Positions 36,784 through 46,444 of a DNA stretch of 64,000 nucleotides are shown here, piece after piece. Within the stretch, counting starts at the first letter, position 1, and each line of letters begins with the position of its first letter. The notes beneath the pieces are model-generated. The model made no database searches, was not told the origin of the DNA, and saw nothing but the letters and a program-made list of their open reading frames with translations. Made by a program: the position numbers and the translations under genes. Source of the DNA: an uncultured Microthrixaceae bacterium (GTDB lineage Bacteria > Actinomycetota > Acidimicrobiia > Acidimicrobiales > Acidimicrobilacustridaceae); contig CAWBIF010000004.1 in assembly GCA_963788835.1 (NCBI GenBank), forward strand, positions 476,581 to 540,580, given 5' to 3'.

Positions 36784-39005
36784 ATGGGATCCAAGTTCGG
36801 CACCGCCCGCAAGATCATCCTCGGCATCGGCATCGCGTTCGCCATCGTCACGGTGGCCTCGGGGATCAGCGGCTGGATCTTCTCGTCGTCCCAGGTCGAC
36901 CACTCGACCAAGACCCGCGAGGTCTTCGTCGGCATCCCGGGCTCGCTGATCGTCGTCTTCTACATCGTCGTGCCGATCCTGCTCGTCTACGGGGCGGTGC
37001 TCTTCGCGCAGCGCACCAAGAACTGGGAGCGGGGCCGCCCCGACAACCGGGCCACCACCTCGGCCAGAACGTCAAGCGGCGCCTCGCGCGACTTCCGCGC
37101 CGGCGTCTACATGCAGACGCTGCTGCGCGATCCCGCCGCCGGCATCATGCACTCGCTCATCTACTTCAGCTTCCTCGTGCTGCTCGGCGGTCACCACGGT
37201 GCTCGAGATCAACCACCAGCTGCCGACCAGCCTCAAGTTCCTGCACGGCAGCGTGTACGAGGGCTACTCGTTCGTCGGCGACCTGGCCGGGCTCGACCTT
37301 CCTCATCGGCGTGGTGTGGGCCCTCGTGCGCCGCTACATCCAGCGGCCCTACCGCATCCGCATCAAGACCAAGCCCGAGCACGCGGTGATCCTGCTCACG
37401 TTCCTGAGCTTCGGCGTGACCGGCTTCCTCACCGAGGCCTACCGCATCGCCATGGTCGGGCGACCCACCTTCGAGAAGTGGTCGTTCGTCGGCTGCCCGC
37501 TGTCCGACCTGGTCAAGAACACGCTCGCACCTGGTCGGCTGGCACGAGTTCTGGTGGATGGTGCACGTCGTGACGTTCTTCGTCTTCCTGGCCATCCTGC
37601 CGACCACGATGCTGCGCCACATGTTCACGTCGCCGCTCAACATGTACCTGCGCGACCGCGACCGCCCCAAGGGCGCCATGAAGCCGATGCCCAACCTGAT
37701 GGAGACCGAGCTCGAGAGCTTCGGCGCCTCCACCATCGAGGACTTCACCTGGAAGCAGCTGCTCGACACCGACGCCTGCACCATGTGCGGCCGCTGCACG
37801 TCGCGTGTGCCCGGCGCACGCCACCGGCAAGCCGCTCGACCCGCGCGAGATCGTGCTCAAGACGGGCGAGGTCATGGCCCGCACCGGCGACCCGGCCGTG
37901 TCGCCGCCCATCGGGGTCGACGCCGAGCATCGTCATGACCGCCGACTCGGTGTTCGAGCGCATCACCGCCGAAGAGGTCTGGGCGTGCACGTCGTGCAAG
38001 GCCTGCGACGAGATCTGCCCGGTCAACATCGAGATCCTCGACAAGATCCTCGACATGCGGCGCTACCTGTCGCTGATGGAGTCGAACTTCCCGACCGAGC
38101 TGGGCAACGCCTACCGCGGCATGGAGAACTCGGGCAACCCGTGGGGCATGAGCCAGGCCGACCGGGCCGACTGGGCCGACAAGCTCGAGGGCATCGAGAT
38201 CGTCGACGGCACCAGCCCGCTCGAGGCCGAGTACCTCTACTGGGTCGGGTGCGCCGGCTCGTTCGACGACAAGAACAAGAAGGTCACCCAGGCCATGTCG
38301 AAGCTGATGCAGCGGGCCGGCATCTCCTTCGCCATCCTCGGCCCGGCCGAGATGTGCACCGGCGACCCGGCCCGCCGCTCGGGCAACGAGTACATCTTCC
38401 AGATGCTGGCCATGCAGAACATCGAGACGCTCGACGGCATGGGCGTGAAGAAGATCGTCACGCAGTGCCCGCACTGCTTCAACACGCTGCAGCAACGAGT
38501 ACCCGCAGCTCGGCGGCCACTACGAGGTCGTGCACCACAGCCAGTTCCTCGAGCAGCTCATCGAGACGGGCAAGCTCGACCTGACCGACGCCCGCCTCGA
38601 CGAGCGCATCGTGTACCACGACTCCTGCTACCTCGGCCGCCACAACGACGTGTACCTCGCGCCCCGCAAGGTGATCGGATCGCTGGCCGGCGTCGAGATC
38701 GTCGAGGCCGAGCGCAACGGCACCAAGGGCATGTGCTGCGGCGCCGGCGGCGCCCGCATGTGGATGGAGGAGTCGATCGGCAAGCAGGTCAACGTCGAGC
38801 GCAGCCAGGAGCTGATCGCCACCGGGCGCCAGCCGGATCGCCACCGCCTGCCCGTTCTGCTACATCATGATCGACGACGGGGTGAAGAGCCAGGGCTGGA
38901 GGAGGACGAGATCTGAAGGTGGCCGACATCTCCATGCACCTCCTCGAGGCCATCGAGCAGGGCGAGCAGAAGAGCGAGCTCATTGCTGAGACGGTCCAAG
39001 ACTGA
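36784..39005 (+). CDS. Membrane-anchored Fe-S / CCG-domain oxidoreductase (HdrD/GlpC-like, mycobacterial Rv0338c-type), frame breaks
   Basis: ATG at 36784. N-terminal TM helices (IILGIGIAFAIVTVASGISGW, SLIVVFYIVVPILLVYGAVLF, IMHSLIYFSFLVLLG...). Two ferredoxin-type motifs (CTMCGRCTS.CP, CTSCKACDEICP). Two CCG modules (YWVGCAGSFD...IVTQCPHCFNTL; VYHDSCYLGRHN...GMCCGAGG...ACPFCYIMIDD). Reconstructed end ...VADISMHLLEAIEQGEQKSELIAETVQD* at 39003-39005. Confidence 0.8.
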
Positions 39006-39048
39006 TCGGGCGGGCACGCCCGCTCCGACCCCCAGCGTCTCGAAGGGC

Positions 39049-39485
39049 GTGCTGGTCGTCAACGACGACGAGGACATGTGCGAGCTGCTGTGCCGGGTGC
39101 TGCAGTCCACGCCACCAGCTCGTCGCCTTCCGCGCCCACAGCTCGCGACGGCGCCCTCGAAGAGCTCGACCGACGCATCAGGCGTCGATCGACGCGGTTG
39201 TCCTCGACTTCACCGGCGGCACGGCCACCAGCTTCGCCGTGCTCGAGGCGATCCGGCGGCGGCCCGAGCTCGGCAACCCGGCGGTGATCATCGTCGCCAC
39301 GACCACCGCCAACCGCGTGCTGGCCTTCGACTCGGGGGTCGACGAGTTCGTGACCCGGCCCTTCCACGCCGACGACTTCCTCAACGCTGGTCAACATCGT
39401 GCTGGCCCGCACCCCCGAGGAGCGCGAGGCCTACCGCGCGCACCAGACCATCGCCGGCCGCGGGTTGACCGACCTGCAGGACTGA
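39049..39485 (+). CDS. CheY-like response-regulator receiver domain protein, frame breaks; start uncertain (GTG 39049 or TTG 38983)
   Basis: ...VLVVNDDEDMCELLCRVLQS..., ...AVVLDFTGGTATSFAVLEAIRRRPELGNPAVIIVATTTANRVLAFDSGVDEFVTRPFHADDFL..., end read as ...REAYRAHQTIAGRGLTDLQD* (stop 39483-39485). Confidence 0.55.
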
Positions 39486-39488
39486 CGG

Positions 39489-40062
39489 TCAGGCCTTGTC
39501 GGTGAAGTTCTCCCAGTAGCGGCTCGGGCGGGGCCCGCGCTGGCCCTGGTACTTGGACCCGACCTCGGCCGACCCGTAGGGCACGTCGGCGGGCGTGGTC
39601 ATGCGGATGAACGAGATCTGGCCGATCTTCATGCCCGGGTAGAGCGTGATGGGCAGGTTGGCCACGTTGGACAGCTCGAGGGTGAGCTGGCCGTCCCAGC
39701 CGGCGTCGACGAACCCGGCGGTCGAGTGGATGAGCAGTCCGAGTCGGCCGAGGCTGGACTTGCCCTCCAGCCGGGCGACGAGGTCGGTCGGCAGGGCGAC
39801 GCGCTCGAGGGTCGAGCCGAGCACGAACTCGCCGGGATGGAGGATGAACGCGTCCTCCTCGGCGATCTCGACCAGCTCGGTGAGCTCCTCGAGGTTCTGC
39901 TTCACGTCGATGTAGCCGAGCGTGTGGTTGCGGAACACACGGAAGTAGCGATCGATGTGCAGGTCGACCGACGACGGTTGGATGCAGGTGAGGTCGAGCG
40001 GGATCGATCACGATGCGCCCGGCGTCGAGCTCCTCGCGGATGGTGCGATCGGACAGGATCAT
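39489..40062 (-). CDS. dcd: dCTP deaminase, one frame break at ~40000
   Basis: ATG at 40062. [21 protein letters not shown] / [33 protein letters not shown]...[17 protein letters not shown]...[35 protein letters not shown]...ISFIRM.... 574 nt (1 mod 3). Confidence 0.9.
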
Positions 40063-40141
40063 CGGCGGGACGTTAGTGCAGGCCCGGTCGGGGCCCGTCC
40101 TACGATGACGCCGACGCCAGCGGCGCAGGGGGACACGCGAG

Positions 40142-41366
40142 ATGGACGGCGAGCAGGCGATCTGGAACCCGGCGGCCATCGACGTGGGGCTCGACGCCCG
40201 GGCGGCCACCTTCGAGAACCCGACGGGCGACCGGGGCGCCGGCGGCGTCGGCCCACGGGGGCCGCAAGGGCGCCCCCAGCCGGCGGATCCGGTCCGGCGA
40301 GCGGGTCGTGCTGGCCGACCTCGCCGGACCGGGCGTGATCCGCCACCTGTGGATGACCTTCCCGCCCGCCCGACCCGAGCAGATGCGGGGCCTGGTGCTC
40401 GAGGTGTTCTACGACGACCGCGACGAGCCGAGCGTGTCGGTGCCGTGCCTCGACTTCTTCGGTCTGCCCCACGGGCGCCCGGTGGCGTACCACTCGGCCC
40501 TGACCGCGGTGAACGAGGGGCGCGGGTTCAACAGCTACGTCCCGATGCCGTTCCGTCGGCGGGTGCGCGTCGAGGTGGTCAACGGCTCGCCCCGGACCAC
40601 GACGCTCTACTACCAGGTCGACTACACGCTGCAGGCCGAGCTCGATCCCGCGCTCGGCCACCTGCACGTCGCGTTCCGGCGCGAGAACCCGACCGTGGCG
40701 CGCCGTGACGTCGTGATCACCGAGGGCCTGCGGGGACCGGGTCGGTTCCTCGGCTGCGTGATCGGCGTGCGGGTGCTCGACGAGGGCGCGTGGTACGGCG
40801 AGGGCGAGGTGAAGGTGTACCGCGACGGCGACGACGAGCTCCCGACCATCTGCGGCACCGGGCTCGAGGACTACGTCGGCAGCGCGTGGGGGATGGGCCC
40901 GCACGCGACGCCCTACGGCGGCGCCCCGCTGGTCGTCGGCCGCGGCGACGTGACGAGCCCGCTCGGCGGCTCCCCCGACTTCGTCGGCTTCTACCGGTGG
41001 CACCTGCCCGACCCGATCATGTTCACGACCGACCTGCGCGTCACGATCCAGCAGATCGGCGCCGCCTTCTTCGGCGCCGGCCAGGAGGCCGAGCTGGCCG
41101 CCTACGAGCAGAGCCACCCCGTGGCCGGAGAAGGATGGATGCGCGACCTCGGACCCGGGCTGTTGGCCTGGGGAATCGTCGAGCGGGTGGACGACTACTG
41201 CGCCACCTCGTTCGTCTACTGCGCAGAGCCCCAGTCGGTCGCACGGGTCGATCTGGACGTGGCTCTGGCCGACATCGCCCGCCGCGACTACGAGCTGGCG
41301 TCGCCCTTCGAGCTGCTGGGCGGCGTCGCCCCGCCCGACCAGGCGGCGGTCCCGCCGCGGTCGTAG
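40142..41366 (+). CDS. DUF2961-family protein (GH172-like), one frame break at ~40248
   Basis: ATG at 40142. ...ATFENPTGDRGAGG / AHGGRKGAPSRRIRSGERVVLADLAGPGVIRHLWMTF...FFGLPHG...NSYVPMPF...LYYQVDY...WYGEGEVKVYRDGDDELPTICGTGLEDY.... 1225 nt (1 mod 3). Confidence 0.75.
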
Positions 41367-41397
41367 GCTCGCCGGCAGTCGATCCAGGGGGACGATC

Positions 41398-42223
41398 ATG
41401 GCGACCCAGACGAGCGTGGACTTCATGGATCCGGCCAACAAGGACTTCGTGTTGGCGACGTTGCAGGCCGAGATCGACCAGACCTTCGATCTGGTCGCGG
41501 ACCCGGCCCGCTGGGAGGCGCCGACCGCGTGTGAGGGCTGGGAGGTGCGCGACATCATCGGGCACCTCACCGATGCGACCGAGGGCTACTTCCCGGGCTT
41601 CGACATCGCCCGCAACGGCGGGACGCCTGACCACCGCTCGGCCTGGCCGGCATGGCGGTGCGGGCCGACGAGCACGCCCGGGCCTTCCGCAGCCTCTCGC
41701 GCGACGAGATGCTCGCTCGCCTCAAGGTCGATTCGGAGCGGGCGATGGCCATCTTCACGTCGCTCTCGGACGACGACTGGACCGGGCTCATCGTCTCGCA
41801 TCCGTACATGGGTCCGCTGCCCGCGATGTTCTACCCGATGTTCCAGCTGGTCGACTACACGGTGCACACGTGGGACATCCGCGAGGGCATCGGCCAGCCC
41901 CACGCGCTGTCGGGCGACGCCACCGATCTGCTGGTGCCGATCATCTTCATCCTCTGGCAGGCCACCGCCGACACCTCCTCGCGTGACCACGCCGTACACG
42001 GTGGGCGTGCACACGAGCGGCCGCAACGGCGGCGACATGCGCGTCGACGTGTCGAGCGAGGGCATGCAGTACGCGCCGGGCCCGATCGACGACTGCGCGC
42101 GCCATCCTCGAGCTCGACCCGGCCACCTTGGTGCTGACCGGCTACGGGCGGGTCAACGGCGGCACGGTCCGCGGCAACCGGCAGATGGCCAGCGACTTCA
42201 GGTCCCTGTTCTTCGCGATCTGA
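41398..42223 (+). CDS. Maleylpyruvate-isomerase-family mycothiol-dependent enzyme-like protein (DinB/TIGR03083-type), frame breaks
   Basis: MATQTSVDFMD...ARWEAPTACEGWEVRDIIGHLTDATEGY..., ...DDWTGLIVSHPYMGPLPAMFYPMFQLVDYTVHTWDIREGIGQ... (ORF 41652), end read as ...RQMASDFRSLFFAI*. Confidence 0.6.
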
Positions 42224-42233
42224 GAGGTCGGGC

Positions 42234-43798
42234 TTGGAGCGGACGATCCCCCGGCTGTTGCGGGCCGCGGTCGACGACGTCCCTGACCAGGTCTGGCTGC
42301 TGACCGACGACGCCGAGCACACCTACGCCGGCGCGCTCGACCAGATCGAGCGCGCCGCCGCCGCCCTGCGGTTCGCCGGCGTCAGGCGTGGGCGATCGCG
42401 TGCTCGTGACCGCCCGCAACACCGATCGCTACCTGCTGAGCTGGTTCGCCCTGATGGAGGTGGGCGCCGTCGCAGGTGCCGCTCAACCCGCAGAGCACCG
42501 AGGCCGAGCTGCCGGGGCTTCGTCGAGCAGGTGGCGCCGGCGGCCATCCTCACCGACGGCGCACTGGCTGGCGACGGTCGACGCCGCCGCGGGTCACCGC
42601 GGATTCGACGCGCCGCGGCGGACCGGACATCGGTCGCCTCGACGTGGACGAGATCTTCACCGCCGAGCCCGACGGCCACGGACCGGCCGACGTCGATCCG
42701 AGCGACGTGGCGGTGATGATCCCGACCTCGGGCACGACGGGTCGCTCGAAGCTCGTGATGCAGACGCACCTCGCCTACGTGATGGCGGGCGAGGGGTTCC
42801 CCTACTGGATGCAGCTCGACGCGACCGATCGGCTGATCACGTCGTTGCCGCTCTTCCACATCAACGCGCCCGCCTACTCGACGCTCGGATCGATCGCCGC
42901 CCGGGCCAGCCTGGCGCTGCTGCCGGGGTTCTCGGCCAGCGGGTTCCTCGACGCGGCCCGGCGGTTCGGCGCCACCGAGTTCAACTCCATCGGCGCCATG
43001 CTCGAGATCCTCATGCGCCAGCCGCGCCGGGACGACGACGCCGACAACCCGCTGCGCCGCTGCTACACGGGACCCACGCCCGAGCGCGACCGCCAGCTCG
43101 AGATCGAGGAGCGGTTCGGGATCGAGATCGTGTGCGGCTACGGGCTGTCCGAGTCGCCCTACGCGCTGATGTGGCGCCGCGGCGAGCGGCCCTACGGCAC
43201 GCTCGGGTCGGTCCGCCAGCACCCCGAGCTGGGCGAGGTCAACGAGGCGCGGGTGGTGGACGGCGGCGGCGTCGAGGTCGGGGACGGCGAGATCGGCGAG
43301 CTCGAGCTGCGCAACCCGGCCATCATGCGCGGCTACTACGAGATGCCCGACGAGACCGCCGCGGTCGTGCACGACGGATGGTTGCGCACCGGCGATCTCG
43401 TCAGCGACAACGGCGACGGGACCTACACGTTCGTCGGGCCGGGTCAAGGAGGTCATCCGGCGGCGGGGCGAGAACCTGTCGCCGGCCGAGGTCGAGGCCG
43501 CGCTCGAACGGCACCCCGACGTGGCCGAGGCCGCGGTCGATCGGCCGTTCCGTCCGAGCTGTCCGAGGACGACGTCAAGGCGTTCGTGCTGGCCGCGCCC
43601 GGACGCACGGTCGACCCGGCCGCGCTGCGGAGCTTCGCCGCCGAGCAGCTGGCCGCCTTCAAGGTGCCGCGCTACATCGAGGTGGTCGACGAGCTGCCGC
43701 ACGGACCCGACGGGCCGGCTGACCAAGCACCAGCTCCCCCTCGAGCGCACGCCGACGCAGAGGTGGACTTCGAGGCCGCGTCCGGTCAGGCTCGGTAG
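42234..43798 (+). CDS. AMP-dependent acyl-CoA synthetase/ligase, frame breaks
   Basis: TTG at 42234. ...VAVMIPTSGTTGRSKLVMQTH (AMP motif I), ...GYGLSESP..., ...WLRTGDLVSDNGDGTYTFVG / R.KEVIRRRGENLSPAEVEAAL...FKVPRYIEVVDELP.... Main piece is ORF 42476..43798. Confidence 0.8.
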
Positions 43799-44607
43799 AT
43801 GGACGGCGACGACGTGGCTGCACACCTGGATCGGCTCGTCCGACCCCGAGCACATCTCGGTGGCGGGCCGCGACCTGCCGGGCGAGGTCATGGGGAAGCT
43901 CACGCTCACCGAGCTGTCCTACCTGCTCGTCACCCGGCGAGAGCCGACACCCGGCCAGCGCCGCCTGGTCGACGCCGTGCTGGTGTCGCTGGCCGACCAC
44001 GGGCTCACGCCCGAGCGCGCTCGCCGACCCGACTGACCTACACGGGCGCGCCCGAGTCGATCCAGGGCGCGGTGGCCGCCGGTCTGCTGGGGGCGGGCAG
44101 CGTCTTCCTCGGCCCGACCGGTGACACCGCCCAGTTCCTCGCCGACGCGCTGGCGCTCGGCGGAGGCGCGGCCGAGCTCGACGACGACGAGCTGCGGGCC
44201 GATCGCCGCATCCGCGGTCGTGACGCGGCGCGCGGCCGGTCTGCGCGTGCCGGGGCTCGGCCACCCGGTGCACGGGACGGCGATCCGCGGACGCCGCGCC
44301 TCTACGAGCTGGCGGCCGCCGAAGGTCTGCTCGGTCCGCACCTGCGGCTGCTGGCGCTGGTCGCCGAGGCGCAGGCCGAGGCCAGCGGGCAACACCTGAC
44401 CGGTCAACGGCGCCGGGCGCCGGCGGGGCGGCGCTGCTCGACGCCGGCGTGCCGGTGTCAGCCGTCCGGGGCATGGCGTTGATCGCCCGGACGGCGGGAC
44501 TCGTCGCGCACCTGGTCGAGGAGGCCGAATCGCCGATCGGCATGCCGCTGTGGCTCGAAGTCGAACGCCGGGCGAACGAGGCCGAGCCACCCGGCGAGGG
44601 TGGCTGA
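43799..44607 (+). CDS. Citrate-synthase-superfamily citryl-CoA-lyase-like protein, frame breaks
   Basis: ATG at 43799 (frame break within the first ~15 nt). ...WIGSSDPEHISVAGRDLPGEVMGKLTLTELSYLLVTRREPTPGQRRLVDAVLVSLADHGLTP / ...LTYTGAPESIQGAVAAGLLGAGSVFLGPTGD... / ...VPGLGHPVH...DPRTPRLYELA... End read as ...MPLWLEVERRANEAEPPGEGG* (44605-44607). Confidence 0.6.
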
Positions 44608-44637
44608 GCCGCGCTCTGGCTCGTGCGGGCCGTGCGA

Positions 44638-44895
44638 TCAGGAAGCGGTGCGCACCCGCTGGTCGTCGCGCAGGTCGATGACCATGGGCTGGCTCTCGGG
44701 GACCCAGGCCTCGGTCTCGTCGTCCCACACGATCCAGCAGCCGTGGACCTCGTCCCACTGCGCCTTGTCATCGGGACGCACGGGCGGCTCGGGGATGGCG
44801 ATCGGGCCGTCGGCCGAGTCGGCCAGCGCGTCGGGAGAAGGCGCGGCGGCCGTGATGATGACGATCTGGTTGGGGGTGTGTCCGGTGGTTCCCAT
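44638..44895 (-). CDS. Hypothetical small protein (85 aa)
   Basis: Intact ORF. GGTAGGAGCTG lies immediately upstream of the ATG at 44895. No family recognised. Confidence 0.5.
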   Translation of the reverse strand: MGTTGHTPNQIVIITAAAPSPDALADSADGPIAIPEPPVRPDDKAQWDEVHGCWIVWDDETEAWVPESQPMVIDLRDDQRVRTAS

Positions 44896-45035
44896 GACCA
44901 GCTCCTACCCCGCCGGCGCTCCAGCTACCCCGAGCCGGGCGACGGCTGGACGCCTGACATCGACTTCGGCGGCCCAGGAGCGGTCGCGTAAGATGCTCTG
45001 GCTCCCGGGCGCGTGACCGGCCCGGGTTCGGTTCT

Positions 45036-45106
45036 GCGGGTGTAGTTCAGAGGCAGAACATCAGCTTCCCAAGCTGAGAACGCGAGTTCGATTCTCGTCA
45101 CCCGCT
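45036..45106 (+). tRNA. tRNA-Gly (anticodon CCC)
   Basis: GCGGGTG acceptor pairs with CACCCGC. D-arm TAGTTCAGAGGCAGAACA. Anticodon stem-loop CAGC-TTCCCAA-GCTG. T-arm GCGAGTTCGATTCTCGT. CCA is not encoded. Confidence 0.9.
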
Positions 45107-45113
45107 CTCTCTC
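45096..45113 (+). repeat. attL-like 18-nt direct repeat (tRNA 3' end plus 7 nt)
   Basis: CGTCACCCGCTCTCTCTC, identical to 52848-52865. Confidence 0.8.
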
Positions 45114-45672
45114 CGAAGTCGGCCTGTTTCCGCAGGTCAGAGCCCTGGTATGAGCTTTCGCGTGCCATGGCCGTCGGGCGGGATCGCACATCCATGGCAC
45201 ATGGCCCTGCTGCCGTCGGCCCCGGGAACAGTCTGGATGGGCTCGCCGCTGACCCGGTCCCGAACGCGAATGCCCCTACCGCCAGCGACCGCTGGAGCCA
45301 GCACAGGAGCAGCCGCCGGCCATGCTCCCTCCGAGGAACTGTTGGATCTGCCGTTCCTAGCGTCGGAGCACATCCCCGACAACGTCTCCGACTTCAGACC
45401 GAAGGTTGCAAGGGCAGCTTCGATGGGACTTCGACGCCGACGGTTGACACGGCTCCCGGACCCGCGCTCGGAGCGAGCCCCTAGCTGAAGTGCCGATGTG
45501 ATGCGGCTCTCTGTTGCATGCGCTGTGCATGGGTGGCGACAGACATCTGCATCCCGCGACCCAGATGGTGGATGGCGCCGAGGGACGTCGGCTGTTTGAG
45601 CCTCGACCGCTTCGGCCTTCGACCTCGAAATCGAGGGCATTCGAATCAACGGTGTGCAAGGGAGATGGACTC

Positions 45673-46230
45673 ATGGCCGAGCTGAACGGCTCCAAGACGA
45701 GCGACGGTGTCGACAGCGGCGTGACGCGTCTGGCTACCGCGACGTTGCGGAGTGCACACGGCATCGAGATTCGGTCAGCAACACTCGCGGACGGCGCCGA
45801 AATCGGCATGATGTTCGCCCGCTGCAGTAGGGACGCCCGTTACGGTCGGTTCCTGGCTCCACTGGCGACGCTTCCAGCCGATCACCTCGCGCAGGTGCTG
45901 GCAGCGCAACCCGGGACCGAGTCCTGGCTCGGTGTCACGACGAGCCACCCGGCGATGATCGTGGCGTTGGGGAGCTGGGTCGCCTGCGGCGACGAGGCAG
46001 AGCTGGCCGTGCTGGTCGAGGACCAGTGGCAACGCCACGGAGCCGGGACGGCCCTCTTGCAGGTAATGGCCGACCGTACGCTCGCGGCCGGCTTCCGTCG
46101 GCTGACCGCCACCGTGCTCACCGAGTCTCGTCACGTGCTGGGCATGCTTCGTGCCGCATTCGGTGAGCTCTCGATCGAGACCGACGGGTACCTGTGCCGG
46201 GTCACGATCGAGCGCGGCCAAGGTGGGTGA
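45673..46230 (+). CDS. GNAT-family N-acetyltransferase
   Basis: ATG 45673 preceded by AAGGGAGA. ...AELAVLVEDQWQRHGAGTALLQVMADRTLAAGFRRLTATVL (Q/RxxGxG/A acetyl-CoA motif). The upstream part of ORF 45514..46230 lacks an RBS. Confidence 0.8.
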   Translation: MAELNGSKTSDGVDSGVTRLATATLRSAHGIEIRSATLADGAEIGMMFARCSRDARYGRFLAPLATLPADHLAQVLAAQPGTESWLGVTTSHPAMIVALGSWVACGDEAELAVLVEDQWQRHGAGTALLQVMADRTLAAGFRRLTATVLTESRHVLGMLRAAFGELSIETDGYLCRVTIERGQGG

Positions 46231-46444
46231 TCGGGGAGGTTCTTCCGGATCGCCCTGGTCCTGGCGCGCTGCAGTGGCCGATCAGCGCGGTCGCGACCTG
46301 ATCGCCGATGCCGAGTCTTGGCGGCTGGCGCGCTCCTCGTCGGTTGGTCCGCTCGTGCGAAGGTCCCCGGGGAAGCGTCGGATTTGGCCCCGACTGCAGG
46401 AGCTCGTGAGGAGAGTCATGAAGCGAGCCATCGGCGCGTGGCCT

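Noticed and set aside
45137-45649. 170-aa minus-strand ORF and overlapping plus-strand ORFs (45150..45488, 45167..45484) next to the tRNA
   Set aside because: They have no RBS and compositionally odd translations with no recombinase or other motifs. They overlap each other. I treat the region as non-coding or decayed DNA.
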